Shown here: positions 38,250 through 47,756 of the stretch, in pieces | How the letters are laid out: every line of letters begins with the position of its first letter | Numbering within the stretch: position 1 is the stretch's first letter | Source: Candidatus Latescibacterota bacterium | Lineage (GTDB): Bacteria > Latescibacterota > UBA2968 > UBA8231 | Length of the DNA stretch: 64,000 nt | Direction of reading: 5' to 3' | Assembly (NCBI GenBank): GCA_965248265.1 | Contig: CBDFJF010000002.1 | Coordinates: forward strand, 1,248,001 to 1,312,000 | The notes under the pieces: model-generated | Database searches by the model: none | Seen by the model: the letters and a program-made list of their open reading frames with translations, nothing else | Told to the model about the DNA's origin: nothing | Made by a program: the position numbers and the translations under genes

Positions 38250-39593
38250 TCAGTAAGGCGCAGGTCCGTCGCCGGAGGGGATCATGGCCAGGAAGCGGTC
38301 GCCGGTCTCTTCGCACCATGTTCGAAGGTAGGCGCGTCTGCTCGCCAACACCGATGTGAAGTGTGAGCTGCCAGCCAGGTTCACCATCTCACCGGGATCC
38401 GCCGTCAAGTCGAACAGCTGCTCCCGGTACCGACCCCAGTCGTAGATGACATACTTGTACTGCCCGTCGTAGACGGCCCGGCCGATCAGGTTCTGGCCCC
38501 CGTGCTTGCCCATCTGCTCGCCCCGGTCGATTTCGATCACCAGGTGCTCGCGCCACGACGTGGGTACCATGGCTTTCGATTCCTCTTCCACTACCGGACG
38601 TAGTGACCGGCCGCGCAATCCGGCCGGTGGATCGATTCCCGCGTAATCGCAAAAGGTCGGCATGAGGTCGAGCCCTGTGTGAGCCAGCGCCGGCGAAACC
38701 GTCGAGACGGAGCCTTCCTCAGCCTTCGGGGGCCTGACGATCAGCGGCACCTTCGCGGCTTCTTCGTAGAGTATGAGCTTCTGCTTCAATTTGTGTGCGC
38801 CCTGGCTGTCACCGTGATCGCTGATGAAAACGACGAGGGTATCGTCGTCCAGTCCGCTGTCGCGAAGGCCCTCCAGGACAGTACCGATGTGGCTGTCAAC
38901 CAGTTCTATGAGCCGGAAGTAAGCGCTGCGGTATCGCCGCCACCAGTTGGGGTCGTCGGTCAGGTCCTCCGTGGAGAACGCGGAAGGATGGGTCGCCGTA
39001 AAGGATCGTATGGCCTGCGGCTCATACGGAGCGATGCCGTGGTTGGCCGGCAACACCGGGCAGTCATGGATGTGTCGCTCCTCTATCGCCCCCAGATAGG
39101 TATCCTGCTCGCGCGCCCATTGGCAGATGTTGTGCGGATTGATGAACGATGCAACCAGGAAGAATGGGCTGCTTTCGTCTCGCTGGCCACGATCCACAAG
39201 GAAGTCGCGGCAATCCACGGCCATGTCGGCATCGAGGGATTGCGAAAGCGGCTCGAATCCGCATACCTGTGGTTCCTCGCTCAGCGCGAAGGAGCGATTG
39301 CCGGCATAGTAGCAGTCGTAGCCGGACGCGGACAGGATGCGTCCGAGGGTGGCATCTGGAGTCGAAATACCGCCGTCGTCAAACGAAATCTCATGCGGCT
39401 GCGTACCAGTCATGATGCTGTTGCGTGCCGGCGCGCACGATGGTGTGGCGCAGTAGGCCCGCTCGAACCGCACACCATCCGCCGCCAGGCTGTCCATATT
39501 CGGTGTAGAAATCTCGGCATTGCCCGTGCAACTCATGGCGTTCGCCGATTGTTGATCGGTGAAGATGAGCAGGATGTTCGGCCGTCTACTCAT
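38250..39593 (-). CDS. Sulfatase (formylglycine-dependent, Cys type)
   Basis: RPNILLIFTDQ, C-A-P-A-R, SDHGD and EQLFDL..DP.E..NL. No signal peptide. Confidence 0.92.
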   Translation of the reverse strand: MSRRPNILLIFTDQQSANAMSCTGNAEISTPNMDSLAADGVRFERAYCATPSCAPARNSIMTGTQPHEISFDDGGISTPDATLGRILSASGYDCYYAGNRSFALSEEPQVCGFEPLSQSLDADMAVDCRDFLVDRGQRDESSPFFLVASFINPHNICQWAREQDTYLGAIEERHIHDCPVLPANHGIAPYEPQAIRSFTATHPSAFSTEDLTDDPNWWRRYRSAYFRLIELVDSHIGTVLEGLRDSGLDDDTLVVFISDHGDSQGAHKLKQKLILYEEAAKVPLIVRPPKAEEGSVSTVSPALAHTGLDLMPTFCDYAGIDPPAGLRGRSLRPVVEEESKAMVPTSWREHLVIEIDRGEQMGKHGGQNLIGRAVYDGQYKYVIYDWGRYREQLFDLTADPGEMVNLAGSSHFTSVLASRRAYLRTWCEETGDRFLAMIPSGDGPAPY

Positions 39594-40417
39594 GAGATGT
39601 CGATGCGCGCGGGGTCAACGGTCTCTCGCCAGGCGGCAAAGGCCGCTTCCATCTCCTCCGACCATCCGCGGTCTACTTCCCCGGGTGTGTAGGTTCCCTC
39701 AGTGATGCTCATTTTGCCCCAGTAGTCACGCAACCGCGTGTTCTCCGAGGTCTCGACCACCTGCTTGGCCAGTTGAGGAGGTATGGAGATCATCCCGCTC
39801 GACGTGCCCAGGATCACATCTCCCGGCAGCACGGTAGCGTTGCCGATACGAATCGGGCCGTTCATTTCCATCATCGTCACGGCGCCGATCGCCGATGGAT
39901 GAAGGCCTTTGGTGAATACATTTATAGGCAACTGACGAACGCGCTGGGTATCGCGGATACCGCCATCTACGACGAGCCCGGTGCCGCCCGTGTTGGTCGC
40001 TATGGCGGTCCCCAGATTGTCACCGATGAAGGTGCCGCGGTCTACTTTTCCGAACAGCTCGACGACCAGCACATCCCCCTCCGTCAGGGTGTCGATGACC
40101 CACGAGTTCTGACCACCGACGCGCCCGTGCTCACGGCCCTCCTCTACGATGACCTCGTTCAGATCGGGTCTGAAGGGCACATAGCGGCAAGTGACGGCTC
40201 GACCCACCAAGACCCGTTCGGGATGGAGATTGATCCAGTCACCTTCGAACTGGAGCTCAAACCCCTCTCCCTGGAGCACACCCCAAGCCTCTTCCGTAGT
40301 CACTTTCAGCATGCGCTCGAGGACGTCACCGGCTACACGAGGTCGTCCGTCGGCGGATCGCTCCCCTTCGTAACGAGAGGTGAGTTCCTTGATGCGCTCG
40401 GTTGAATTCAAATCCAT
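39590..40417 (-). CDS. RraA/HMG-aldolase family protein
   Basis: LVGRAVT, IGDNL, VVDGGIRD and VLPGDVILG motifs. Confidence 0.85.
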   Translation of the reverse strand: MDLNSTERIKELTSRYEGERSADGRPRVAGDVLERMLKVTTEEAWGVLQGEGFELQFEGDWINLHPERVLVGRAVTCRYVPFRPDLNEVIVEEGREHGRVGGQNSWVIDTLTEGDVLVVELFGKVDRGTFIGDNLGTAIATNTGGTGLVVDGGIRDTQRVRQLPINVFTKGLHPSAIGAVTMMEMNGPIRIGNATVLPGDVILGTSSGMISIPPQLAKQVVETSENTRLRDYWGKMSITEGTYTPGEVDRGWSEEMEAAFAAWRETVDPARIDIS

Positions 40418-40572
40418 GGTGGCGACGGCCTTTCTCTGGTCGAGTTTTGAAACTCGGAATTAGGACTCATTCGATATCGAGTCAAGCACCCACGACAGGG
40501 TTTACCTCTCGACAGAGCCCGAGCTTCGCCCGATACTACCAGCCCCAACTAACCCAACGAGGAGATTGCCCC

Positions 40573-40887
40573 ATGTATTCGATCGGTCTGGCCACGACAC
40601 TCCGTCCAGGAGCCTACGCCGAGTACAAACAAGCCCACGACGACCTCTGGCCGGACCTTGCCGCCACCATGGCCGACAACAACGTGAGCATGGCCATCTA
40701 TCGCTTCGGTGAGAACCTCATCCTCCACGCCGTTGCCCCTACCGAGGAAGACTGGAACAAGAGTGGTGCCGCACCGATTCAGGCCAAGTGGCTCGATTAC
40801 ATGACTAAGCTCCTGGAGACGAACGAAGAAGGTGAGATCATCTTCGAAAGCCTAACCGAGGCCTTCGCTTTCGGCATGTTCAAATAG
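40573..40887 (+). CDS. L-rhamnose mutarotase-like protein
   Basis: L.PG...EYK..HD.LWP pattern. GAGGAG RBS. Confidence 0.75.
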   Translation: MYSIGLATTLRPGAYAEYKQAHDDLWPDLAATMADNNVSMAIYRFGENLILHAVAPTEEDWNKSGAAPIQAKWLDYMTKLLETNEEGEIIFESLTEAFAFGMFK

Positions 40888-40903
40888 GAATGACCATGGC
40901 GGA

Positions 40904-42409
40904 GTGCTGCCCATGCTTGTGAAAAACGGTGGACCTGATGTGCCTCTGGACGAGGCGGTTCTGTTTCCCTTTGACAAGTGGAGCATGCCTTTGCGGTATC
41001 GCCTCAAACACGGGCTTGTATCGGCTACAAACCCGTACCGGCCGCATGAAAGGGTCCTGCTCAGCGGCGATCCCCAAGACCCTGACGGCCTCGGAATGCA
41101 CTACTACGGCACGGTCATTCGCATCGGCGACGAGCTGAGGATGTGGTATGGCGGTGACGGGGACGACGGTACCGTTAAAGGCACGCGCATGTGTTACGCC
41201 GTGAGTACGGACGGCATCAACTGGGAAAAGCCGGAATTGGGTCTGGTGGAGTTCAACGGCACCAGAAATAACAACCTGGTGCAGTTCGACAGCGAGCACA
41301 GCGCCAACATGGGCTCGATTCTGGTCGTTCACGATCCTGAGGACCCCGACCCTGATCGCCGTTTCAAACTGGTGAACGAGGTCCACCCCTTTTTGAATAT
41401 CGCAGCGTTCAGCCCGGACGGGTTGCACTGGCGGGAATCAGAGCACAATCCGGTCCTCAAGCACAACGCCGTGGAACCCGGTGGCCTGATGAAATACGGC
41501 GGCTGCTTTTACCTGTCGGGCCAGGGGGGAAACGTCGGCACCAAGCGGGCCCTGGTGACCTACATCTCTTACGATTTTGACCATTGGAGCGATGCCGTAG
41601 CCGTTGGCTTGAGAAAGGATATTCCCCCCTATCCGGCCAAACCCGGTCCCCACGCGGGGGAGCAGGTACATCTGGGCGCCAGTTACTGGAACCGCGGCAA
41701 CGTCATCCTCGGCATCTACGGACAATGGCACGGGGAGTCGAACGACCGGGGGTTTATTTCCATGGACCTTGGCCTGGTGGTAAGCCACGACGCTCTCTAC
41801 TTCGACGAACCGGTACCCGACTTCACCCTCATTCACGGGTACGAGATCCTGTCGACGAAACGGAAGGACATGGTGCGCGCCCCCAAAGCGGAACAGGGCC
41901 AGGGCTTCGAGAATATCGGGGATGAGACCCTCATATGGTACTGGGGATGGGAGGCAGACTTCATCTGCGTCGCGCGATGGCCCCGCGACCGACTGGGTTA
42001 CTTCGAAGTCGTCGCCGACCCCAAACCCGATCTGCTCATGCCGGAAGACACCCACACCATGTTCTGGAACCGGTACAAAAACCTTCCCATCGACCAGACT
42101 GATCCCCATACGGTCTCGTGCCCGATTCGCATCGACTCTCATGCGACGAGTATCGCCGTGAACGCGGACGGAATTTCCAGTGACTCCTTCCTCAGTGTCG
42201 AAGTGCTGGACGAGCAGTGCCGTCCCATCGAAAGGTTGTCGGGAGATGCCGCCGCCACCATCCATGAGCCCGGATTGCGCCAGACGGCGGTATGGACCCG
42301 CGGGGAGGCCATCGACCTGGCGGACCAGACGATCCGCGTCAAGGTCACTTGGTTGGGCAAGAGGCCTGAAGATACCCATCTGTATGCTTTGTATGTAAAC
42401 GAAAATTGA
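40904..42409 (+). CDS. Five-bladed beta-propeller glycoside-hydrolase-like protein
   Basis: STDGINWEKPELGLVEFNG..NN and SPDGLHW motifs, plus the C-terminal sandwich (LYALY). Confidence 0.65.
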   Translation: MLPMLVKNGGPDVPLDEAVLFPFDKWSMPLRYRLKHGLVSATNPYRPHERVLLSGDPQDPDGLGMHYYGTVIRIGDELRMWYGGDGDDGTVKGTRMCYAVSTDGINWEKPELGLVEFNGTRNNNLVQFDSEHSANMGSILVVHDPEDPDPDRRFKLVNEVHPFLNIAAFSPDGLHWRESEHNPVLKHNAVEPGGLMKYGGCFYLSGQGGNVGTKRALVTYISYDFDHWSDAVAVGLRKDIPPYPAKPGPHAGEQVHLGASYWNRGNVILGIYGQWHGESNDRGFISMDLGLVVSHDALYFDEPVPDFTLIHGYEILSTKRKDMVRAPKAEQGQGFENIGDETLIWYWGWEADFICVARWPRDRLGYFEVVADPKPDLLMPEDTHTMFWNRYKNLPIDQTDPHTVSCPIRIDSHATSIAVNADGISSDSFLSVEVLDEQCRPIERLSGDAAATIHEPGLRQTAVWTRGEAIDLADQTIRVKVTWLGKRPEDTHLYALYVNEN

Positions 42410-43380
42410 CACCTGACATCCTTCTGGAATACAGGCAGCTGGGAAATTCGGGGGTCAAGGTATCGCCGATCTGTCTCGGGACCGGATTCCGGGTACAAGA
42501 GGACGACGCCCTGTGCGAGCGCGTCGTACATCGGGCCTTGGAATTGGGCTGCAATTTCATAGACAGCGCCAATTTCTACGGCTATGGACGTTCCGAGGAG
42601 ATCGTCGGCCGGGCGTTGAAGGGCAAGCGCGACGACATCGTGATCACGAGCAAGGTGTTCGCCAGAATCGGTCCCGGGCCGAATGACACCGGCCTGTCGC
42701 GCTATCACATCATGCGCGAAGCTGAGCGCAGCCTCAAACGGCTTCAGACCGATCGCATCGACGTCTACCTGCAGCACGACATCGACAGGGATACACCGCC
42801 GGATGAGATCCTTCGCGCTATGGACGATCTGGTGAGACAGGGGAAGGTCATCTACACCGGCAGCTGCAACCATCCTGCGTGGCGCCTGATGGAACACATC
42901 GGCATCAACCGCGCCGAAAACCTGGGGCCCCTCACGGTGACCCAGAATCCCTACAGCCTGCTGGAGCGCCATCAGGTGGAGGGGGATTTGATGGAGGTGG
43001 TCAGGAGGTACGGGCTGGGATTGATGACCTACAGTCCGCTGGCCGTCGGGCTGCTGACGGGGCGATTCAAAAAGGGGGAGGCGCCCGCCGGGACGCCGTG
43101 GGCCGGCAGGGGCGAGGACCTCGACTCCTTCATGACGGACCATGCGCAGTGGGTGGTGGACAAACTGACGCAGGTCGCGGCGAGAATCGGCAAGACACCT
43201 GCCCAGACCGCCCTGGCGTGGGTTCTGGATCATCCGGAGGTAACCGCATCGATCATTGGACCCGATACTCCGGAGCAGGTCGACGACATGATGGGTGGAC
43301 TCGGTTGGGAGCTGCAGCCTGAAGACCGGGAGACGTTGGACGCGATCTCGGAAATTCCGAGACCGCGCCACATTGCGTAG
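42406..43380 (+). CDS. Aldo/keto reductase
   Basis: YRQLGNSGVKVSPICLGT, DSANFYG and SLKRLQTDRIDVY. Confidence 0.9.
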   Translation: MTPDILLEYRQLGNSGVKVSPICLGTGFRVQEDDALCERVVHRALELGCNFIDSANFYGYGRSEEIVGRALKGKRDDIVITSKVFARIGPGPNDTGLSRYHIMREAERSLKRLQTDRIDVYLQHDIDRDTPPDEILRAMDDLVRQGKVIYTGSCNHPAWRLMEHIGINRAENLGPLTVTQNPYSLLERHQVEGDLMEVVRRYGLGLMTYSPLAVGLLTGRFKKGEAPAGTPWAGRGEDLDSFMTDHAQWVVDKLTQVAARIGKTPAQTALAWVLDHPEVTASIIGPDTPEQVDDMMGGLGWELQPEDRETLDAISEIPRPRHIA

Positions 43381-43430
43381 ACCAATCCGGCACTCGACCT
43401 AATGTCAGCTGAAGTAGAAACGAGGCTCAG

Positions 43431-44375
43431 ATGATCAACGTTGCACTGATTGGCTGCGGCAGCCGGGGTTTAGACGAGCTGCGACATCTATCCACCTTCG
43501 AGGATGTTGAACTGGCGGCCGTGTGCGATCCAGCGCCAGAGGCGCTGGCACAGGCAGCCGGCGAATTCGGCATCGAGCGCCGCTACGAGTCGATCCAGCA
43601 GATGCTGGATGCGGGCGGAATCGACGCCGCGTTCGTGACCACACCGGCGCACCTCAATGCGCCATCAGCGCTTCCCTGTCTCGAAGCTGGAGTGCATACC
43701 CTGCTGGAAAAACCGCCAGGGATGCATGTTGAGGAGACGATCCAGCTGCGCGAAGCCGCCGAGTGTTCCGGAGCAAAGGCGATGATCGGTTGGCAGCGGC
43801 GCTTCAATCCCTTCATCGTCGAAGCGCGTCACCAGATTGAAAAGCGCGGTCCCATCGTGCAACTGGTCGGGGAGTTTCACAAGAGCATGGCCAACTTCGA
43901 GGGCAGCGGACGCTTCCCGGAGATTGTCATGGACAGGATGCTCATGGAAACTCCCATCCACGCCATCGATTGCGTGCGGGCACTGGCCGGCTCCGACGTG
44001 ACGGAGGTCCACAGTATCGTCAAACGCCGGTTCTCGAAATACAACGATGTGCACGCGGCTCTGGTGCTGTTCGAAAACGGCTGTGTGGCGCAGATCTCCG
44101 CCAACTACACCACCGGCCTCCGGCTGGAGCGCTACGAGATCCACGGACGAGAGATTTCCGCTTATCTGGAAGGGATCAAGGGTGGCACTGTGGTCGTTGA
44201 CGGAGAGAGACGGGAGTTGACCTCTACTGGTGACGCCATTCGCGCCAAAGACCGGTTCTTCCTCGATTGCATCCGTGAAGATCGTCCGGTCGGTCTGCCG
44301 GGGGCCAATCTGGACGAAGCCGTCAAGACGATGGAGCTTGCTGAAGCCATTCTCGCCGGGCTCCGAGACGGCTGA
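43431..44375 (+). CDS. Gfo/Idh/MocA family oxidoreductase
   Basis: IGCGSRG, LLEKPP and IHAID motifs. Confidence 0.9.
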   Translation: MINVALIGCGSRGLDELRHLSTFEDVELAAVCDPAPEALAQAAGEFGIERRYESIQQMLDAGGIDAAFVTTPAHLNAPSALPCLEAGVHTLLEKPPGMHVEETIQLREAAECSGAKAMIGWQRRFNPFIVEARHQIEKRGPIVQLVGEFHKSMANFEGSGRFPEIVMDRMLMETPIHAIDCVRALAGSDVTEVHSIVKRRFSKYNDVHAALVLFENGCVAQISANYTTGLRLERYEIHGREISAYLEGIKGGTVVVDGERRELTSTGDAIRAKDRFFLDCIREDRPVGLPGANLDEAVKTMELAEAILAGLRDG

Positions 44376-44403
44376 TCGAGACTATGCCGCGGCCCGGTGC
44401 AGC

Positions 44404-45222
44404 TTATGTCGCCAGTGTATCCCGGATAAAAGCAACGGCGCGGGCCTCCCGGTCTTCGCCGGGGGCTCCCGCTCCCCAGTGTTCCGGGCAGATCAGGCCG
44501 GTGTAACCGGAGTCCCGCAGTTTTCGCACCAGTCCGGCAACTTCGCATTCGCCTTCGCCGGGAAACACCTCTTCGAAGCTTTCCCAGTTTCCGATCTGAT
44601 CGCGAACGTGGGCGAAGTGGATGCGATTCTGGAAGTCGTCCATGATTTGCGGCAGGTTGTCGCCGGCAAGCTGGCCGCCTGGACAGAACGTGATGCCGAT
44701 GTTCGGGGTCGGGATGCCCTCACACATCTCCCGGTAGGTTTCGAACCCGTGGAACATGCCTGGCCGGCTGACCCAGGGGTGTGAGGCGATGTTGAAACCC
44801 ACTGCCGCGCAGTGGTCACCAAGTTTTTTATAAAAGCTGGAAACGCGAGCAAGCTGCTCCTGCTTCTCTGCCGCGTCTTCAGAGGCACTTGGAATGGCCC
44901 AGAACAGCATCGAGTCAACTCCTGCCTCCGCGAGCACTTCGACGGTGTGGTACAGGGCTTCTCGTTCCTTTTCCCCGTCCGTCTCACCGAAGAACATCGC
45001 ATCTGAGTAGCGGGCACCCAATACGCTTGGCACTTCGACATCGGCGCTTCGCAATTCGTCCAGCACACGGTGCAGATGGTCGGTGTCCGGTACTCCCTCG
45101 TCCTCAAATCCGTCGATGACGTTGCAGCCCAGGCAAACTCCGTCGGCACCCACATCCTTGCAGCGCTGTACCAGCTCCGCAGGGGACTGTTCCCGATTTT
45201 GAGCATGGATGCCGATCTTCAT
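44404..45222 (-). CDS. Xylose-isomerase-like TIM barrel (sugar isomerase/epimerase or UxuA-like)
   Basis: SHP, GITFC.G, IHFAHVRD, E.FPGEG and YTG.ICPEH motifs. Confidence 0.75.
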   Translation of the reverse strand: MKIGIHAQNREQSPAELVQRCKDVGADGVCLGCNVIDGFEDEGVPDTDHLHRVLDELRSADVEVPSVLGARYSDAMFFGETDGEKEREALYHTVEVLAEAGVDSMLFWAIPSASEDAAEKQEQLARVSSFYKKLGDHCAAVGFNIASHPWVSRPGMFHGFETYREMCEGIPTPNIGITFCPGGQLAGDNLPQIMDDFQNRIHFAHVRDQIGNWESFEEVFPGEGECEVAGLVRKLRDSGYTGLICPEHWGAGAPGEDREARAVAFIRDTLAT

Positions 45223-45968
45223 GAACTCTCCTGTTCCGCCTGTTCCTTTTGTCCTGCCATGATCAGGGTGTTCGAAAACGCGTGTCCGTACACCTCCACT
45301 CGCGCCTTGCACGAGTCCGCCTTGCCGGCCAGGTACCGGTACGCCAGGATCGTCGGGATCGCGACCACCAGCCCGGTCGCCGTCGTGCCCAGGGCCTGCG
45401 ATATCCCTCCGGCTACCACTCTCGGATCTCCGGTCCCGGCCTCTGCGATGGATTCGAATGCGATGATCATACCCATGATCGTTCCCAGCAAACCCAGCAG
45501 CGGACTGATATTGCCGATCATCTGCAGTATGGACAGATGTTTTCCCAGGTAACCTTTCAAGGCCTCCTCGGTCTCGATCACCAGTTCATCCTTCAAGTCC
45601 GTCAGCGCCCTCTCCATCACCAGAAACCGTGCCACCTGGCCTCCTCCTCCGGCCTCCGACAGACGGATGATCTGGTCGTGCGTCCCCTGGAATTCCCGCT
45701 GCTCCATCATCAGGACGTCGTAGCGCTGCAACAGAGATGCAAACACAAAGTTGAGAACTCCCTTTCCACGATTGCACTCCTCAACCACCGCATCCCCTCC
45801 TCTGCTGACCAGTGAAGCTTCCACTTGGTCCAGTTGCTCCTGGGCTCTCTCGCGGTTGGGAAGGCCGCGGAACACGAAGAAGCGCTCAATGATGAAGGCG
45901 AGGGAGAAGATGGCGCACCCGATCAGGGGTACCATCACCGGCCCTCCGCTCTGAATGACTTCCAACAT
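45219..45968 (-). CDS. MotA/TolQ/ExbB proton channel family protein
   Basis: GG.VM.PL, ISPLLGLLGTI.GMI.AF and GGISQAL.TTATGL.VAIP motifs. Confidence 0.9.
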   Translation of the reverse strand: MLEVIQSGGPVMVPLIGCAIFSLAFIIERFFVFRGLPNRERAQEQLDQVEASLVSRGGDAVVEECNRGKGVLNFVFASLLQRYDVLMMEQREFQGTHDQIIRLSEAGGGGQVARFLVMERALTDLKDELVIETEEALKGYLGKHLSILQMIGNISPLLGLLGTIMGMIIAFESIAEAGTGDPRVVAGGISQALGTTATGLVVAIPTILAYRYLAGKADSCKARVEVYGHAFSNTLIMAGQKEQAEQESS

Positions 45969-46227
45969 CCGGATTTCTCCTTTGGTGGTATTAAGTTCTG
46001 GCCTCTACTGCCGGACGCCGCTCACAGCATCCGCAACGAGCACGATCTGGCCCCGCCAATGTAACCGAAATAGAGGAGATTTCAAACGTCCAATGTCAGC
46101 CCGGCGCTGCAGTCGGTTCCATGCAAGGCTCTGCGAGCACATGGGGTCCGGACCGGCGCTCAGGCACAGATGTATAGGGGAATCTCAACTGCCGTGTCAA
46201 GCGGGGCCAGCACACGGGCTGGAGGCA

Positions 46228-46547
46228 GTCCTGGCATCCTCTACCAGACACGACCTATTATCCGCGTCATGCTCGCCTGCCTGAAGACCCCGCAGACCTA
46301 TCACCTGATCGGTCGAGATGAACTCGCCGTGTCACCCGCGGTGGCATCATCGACGAAGACGCTGGGGGAACCGCCGCCACCGGGCAGTCCGCACTGGGGC
46401 CTTCCCAATCTGATCTTCACACCGCACCAGGCCGGCGTTTCTCAACATCGCAAACGCAAGCCCTTTGAATTCTTCTGCGAGAACCTCGACCATTACCTAA
46501 AAGGCGAACCACTGCGAAACGTCGTCGACAAGAAGCGTGGATTCTGA
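46228..46547 (+). pseudogene. Deleted remnant of a D-2-hydroxyacid dehydrogenase
   Basis: TPQTYHLIG..EL, out-of-frame VTRGGIIDEDA, and EP..P.SP.W..PN...TPH.AG...ENL..Y..GEPL.NVVDK.RGF, with internal segments missing. Confidence 0.7.
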
Positions 46548-46562
46548 CACGGAGGCCCAACT

Positions 46563-47750
46563 GTGAAAATCACCGATCTCAAATGCGCCATCATCGGCCA
46601 CAACCCCGTTGTCCGGATCACGACGGATGAGGGAATCGAAGGGTACGGGCAGGCCGAGAGCCCGAAGAGGTACCTCAAGCCACACGTCCTGTTCTATCGA
46701 GACCATGTCCTGGGGAAGGATCCTACCGATGTCGAGCGCGTGATGTCGTCGATTCGCCGACTCGGCGGCTTCAAGCCGTGGGGAAGCGCAGTCAGCGCTA
46801 TCGAATTCGCCCTGTGGGACATTGCCGGCAAAGCGGCAGGTGTGCCGGTCTACAAGTTGCTGGGCGGCAAGGTGCGCGACAAGGTCCGCGTTTACAACGG
46901 CGCTGTCCGTCCGCCGTTGGAAGGGATTACGCCAGAGCACTACGCCGACAACATGCGTCAGATGAAAGAGTCCCCGGAGAACTTCAGCATCATCAAGCAG
47001 GGAGTCGCCTTCCACAGCCCTATGTCCACGGAGGTTCCCGACTTCTTCTACGGGGATCACGTCGACGCCCGCTTCCATCCGAATAGGGGCTTGCTGACCG
47101 AGAAGGGCTTCAAGCACTTGATGGCCTGCATAGAGGCGACGAAGGATGTGTGCGGCGACGAAGTCGGGCTCGCCCTGGACGCCGGGCCCGGGATGATGGC
47201 CCCGGACCTGTTGCGCCTCGCCAAGGAATGCGAACGTCTCAACTTGATGTGGATCGAAGACGCCCTGACTGGTGATTATGTCCCGTATGTGCTACCGGAT
47301 GTGTACCGGGACGTTACGATGGCCACATCGACGCCGATCCACACGGGCGAGCAGATCTACCTGCGCCAGAACTTCAAGGATCTGATCGAGCAGAAAGCCG
47401 TCAATGTCATCGGTCCCGATCCGGCCGACATCGGCGGCATCGCGGAGTTGAAATGGGTTGCCGAGTACGCCGACCTGCACGGCATTCTGATGGCGCCCCA
47501 CGGCACCGCCGACGGGCTCATCGGTCTGGCGGCGTTGGTTCAAGTCTGTGCTACCCTGCCGCCCAACTTCATCGCCTTTGAGTATCCGACCGGCAACCCG
47601 GAATGGTGGTATGACATCATCGACGGTCTCCCCGATCCGATCGTCACCGACAGCTATATCGATGTCTGGGATACCCCCGGCCTGGGGGTATCATTCAACG
47701 ACAAGGCGAAAGCCTATCTGCGAGAGGAAGACGCCGACTTCTTCGATTGA
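46563..47750 (+). CDS. Mandelate racemase/muconate lactonizing family enzyme
   Basis: KITDLK, SAIEFALWDIAGK, LD, WIED, TGEQ and APH motifs. GGAGG RBS. Confidence 0.9.
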   Translation: MKITDLKCAIIGHNPVVRITTDEGIEGYGQAESPKRYLKPHVLFYRDHVLGKDPTDVERVMSSIRRLGGFKPWGSAVSAIEFALWDIAGKAAGVPVYKLLGGKVRDKVRVYNGAVRPPLEGITPEHYADNMRQMKESPENFSIIKQGVAFHSPMSTEVPDFFYGDHVDARFHPNRGLLTEKGFKHLMACIEATKDVCGDEVGLALDAGPGMMAPDLLRLAKECERLNLMWIEDALTGDYVPYVLPDVYRDVTMATSTPIHTGEQIYLRQNFKDLIEQKAVNVIGPDPADIGGIAELKWVAEYADLHGILMAPHGTADGLIGLAALVQVCATLPPNFIAFEYPTGNPEWWYDIIDGLPDPIVTDSYIDVWDTPGLGVSFNDKAKAYLREEDADFFD

Positions 47751-47756
47751 CAGAAT

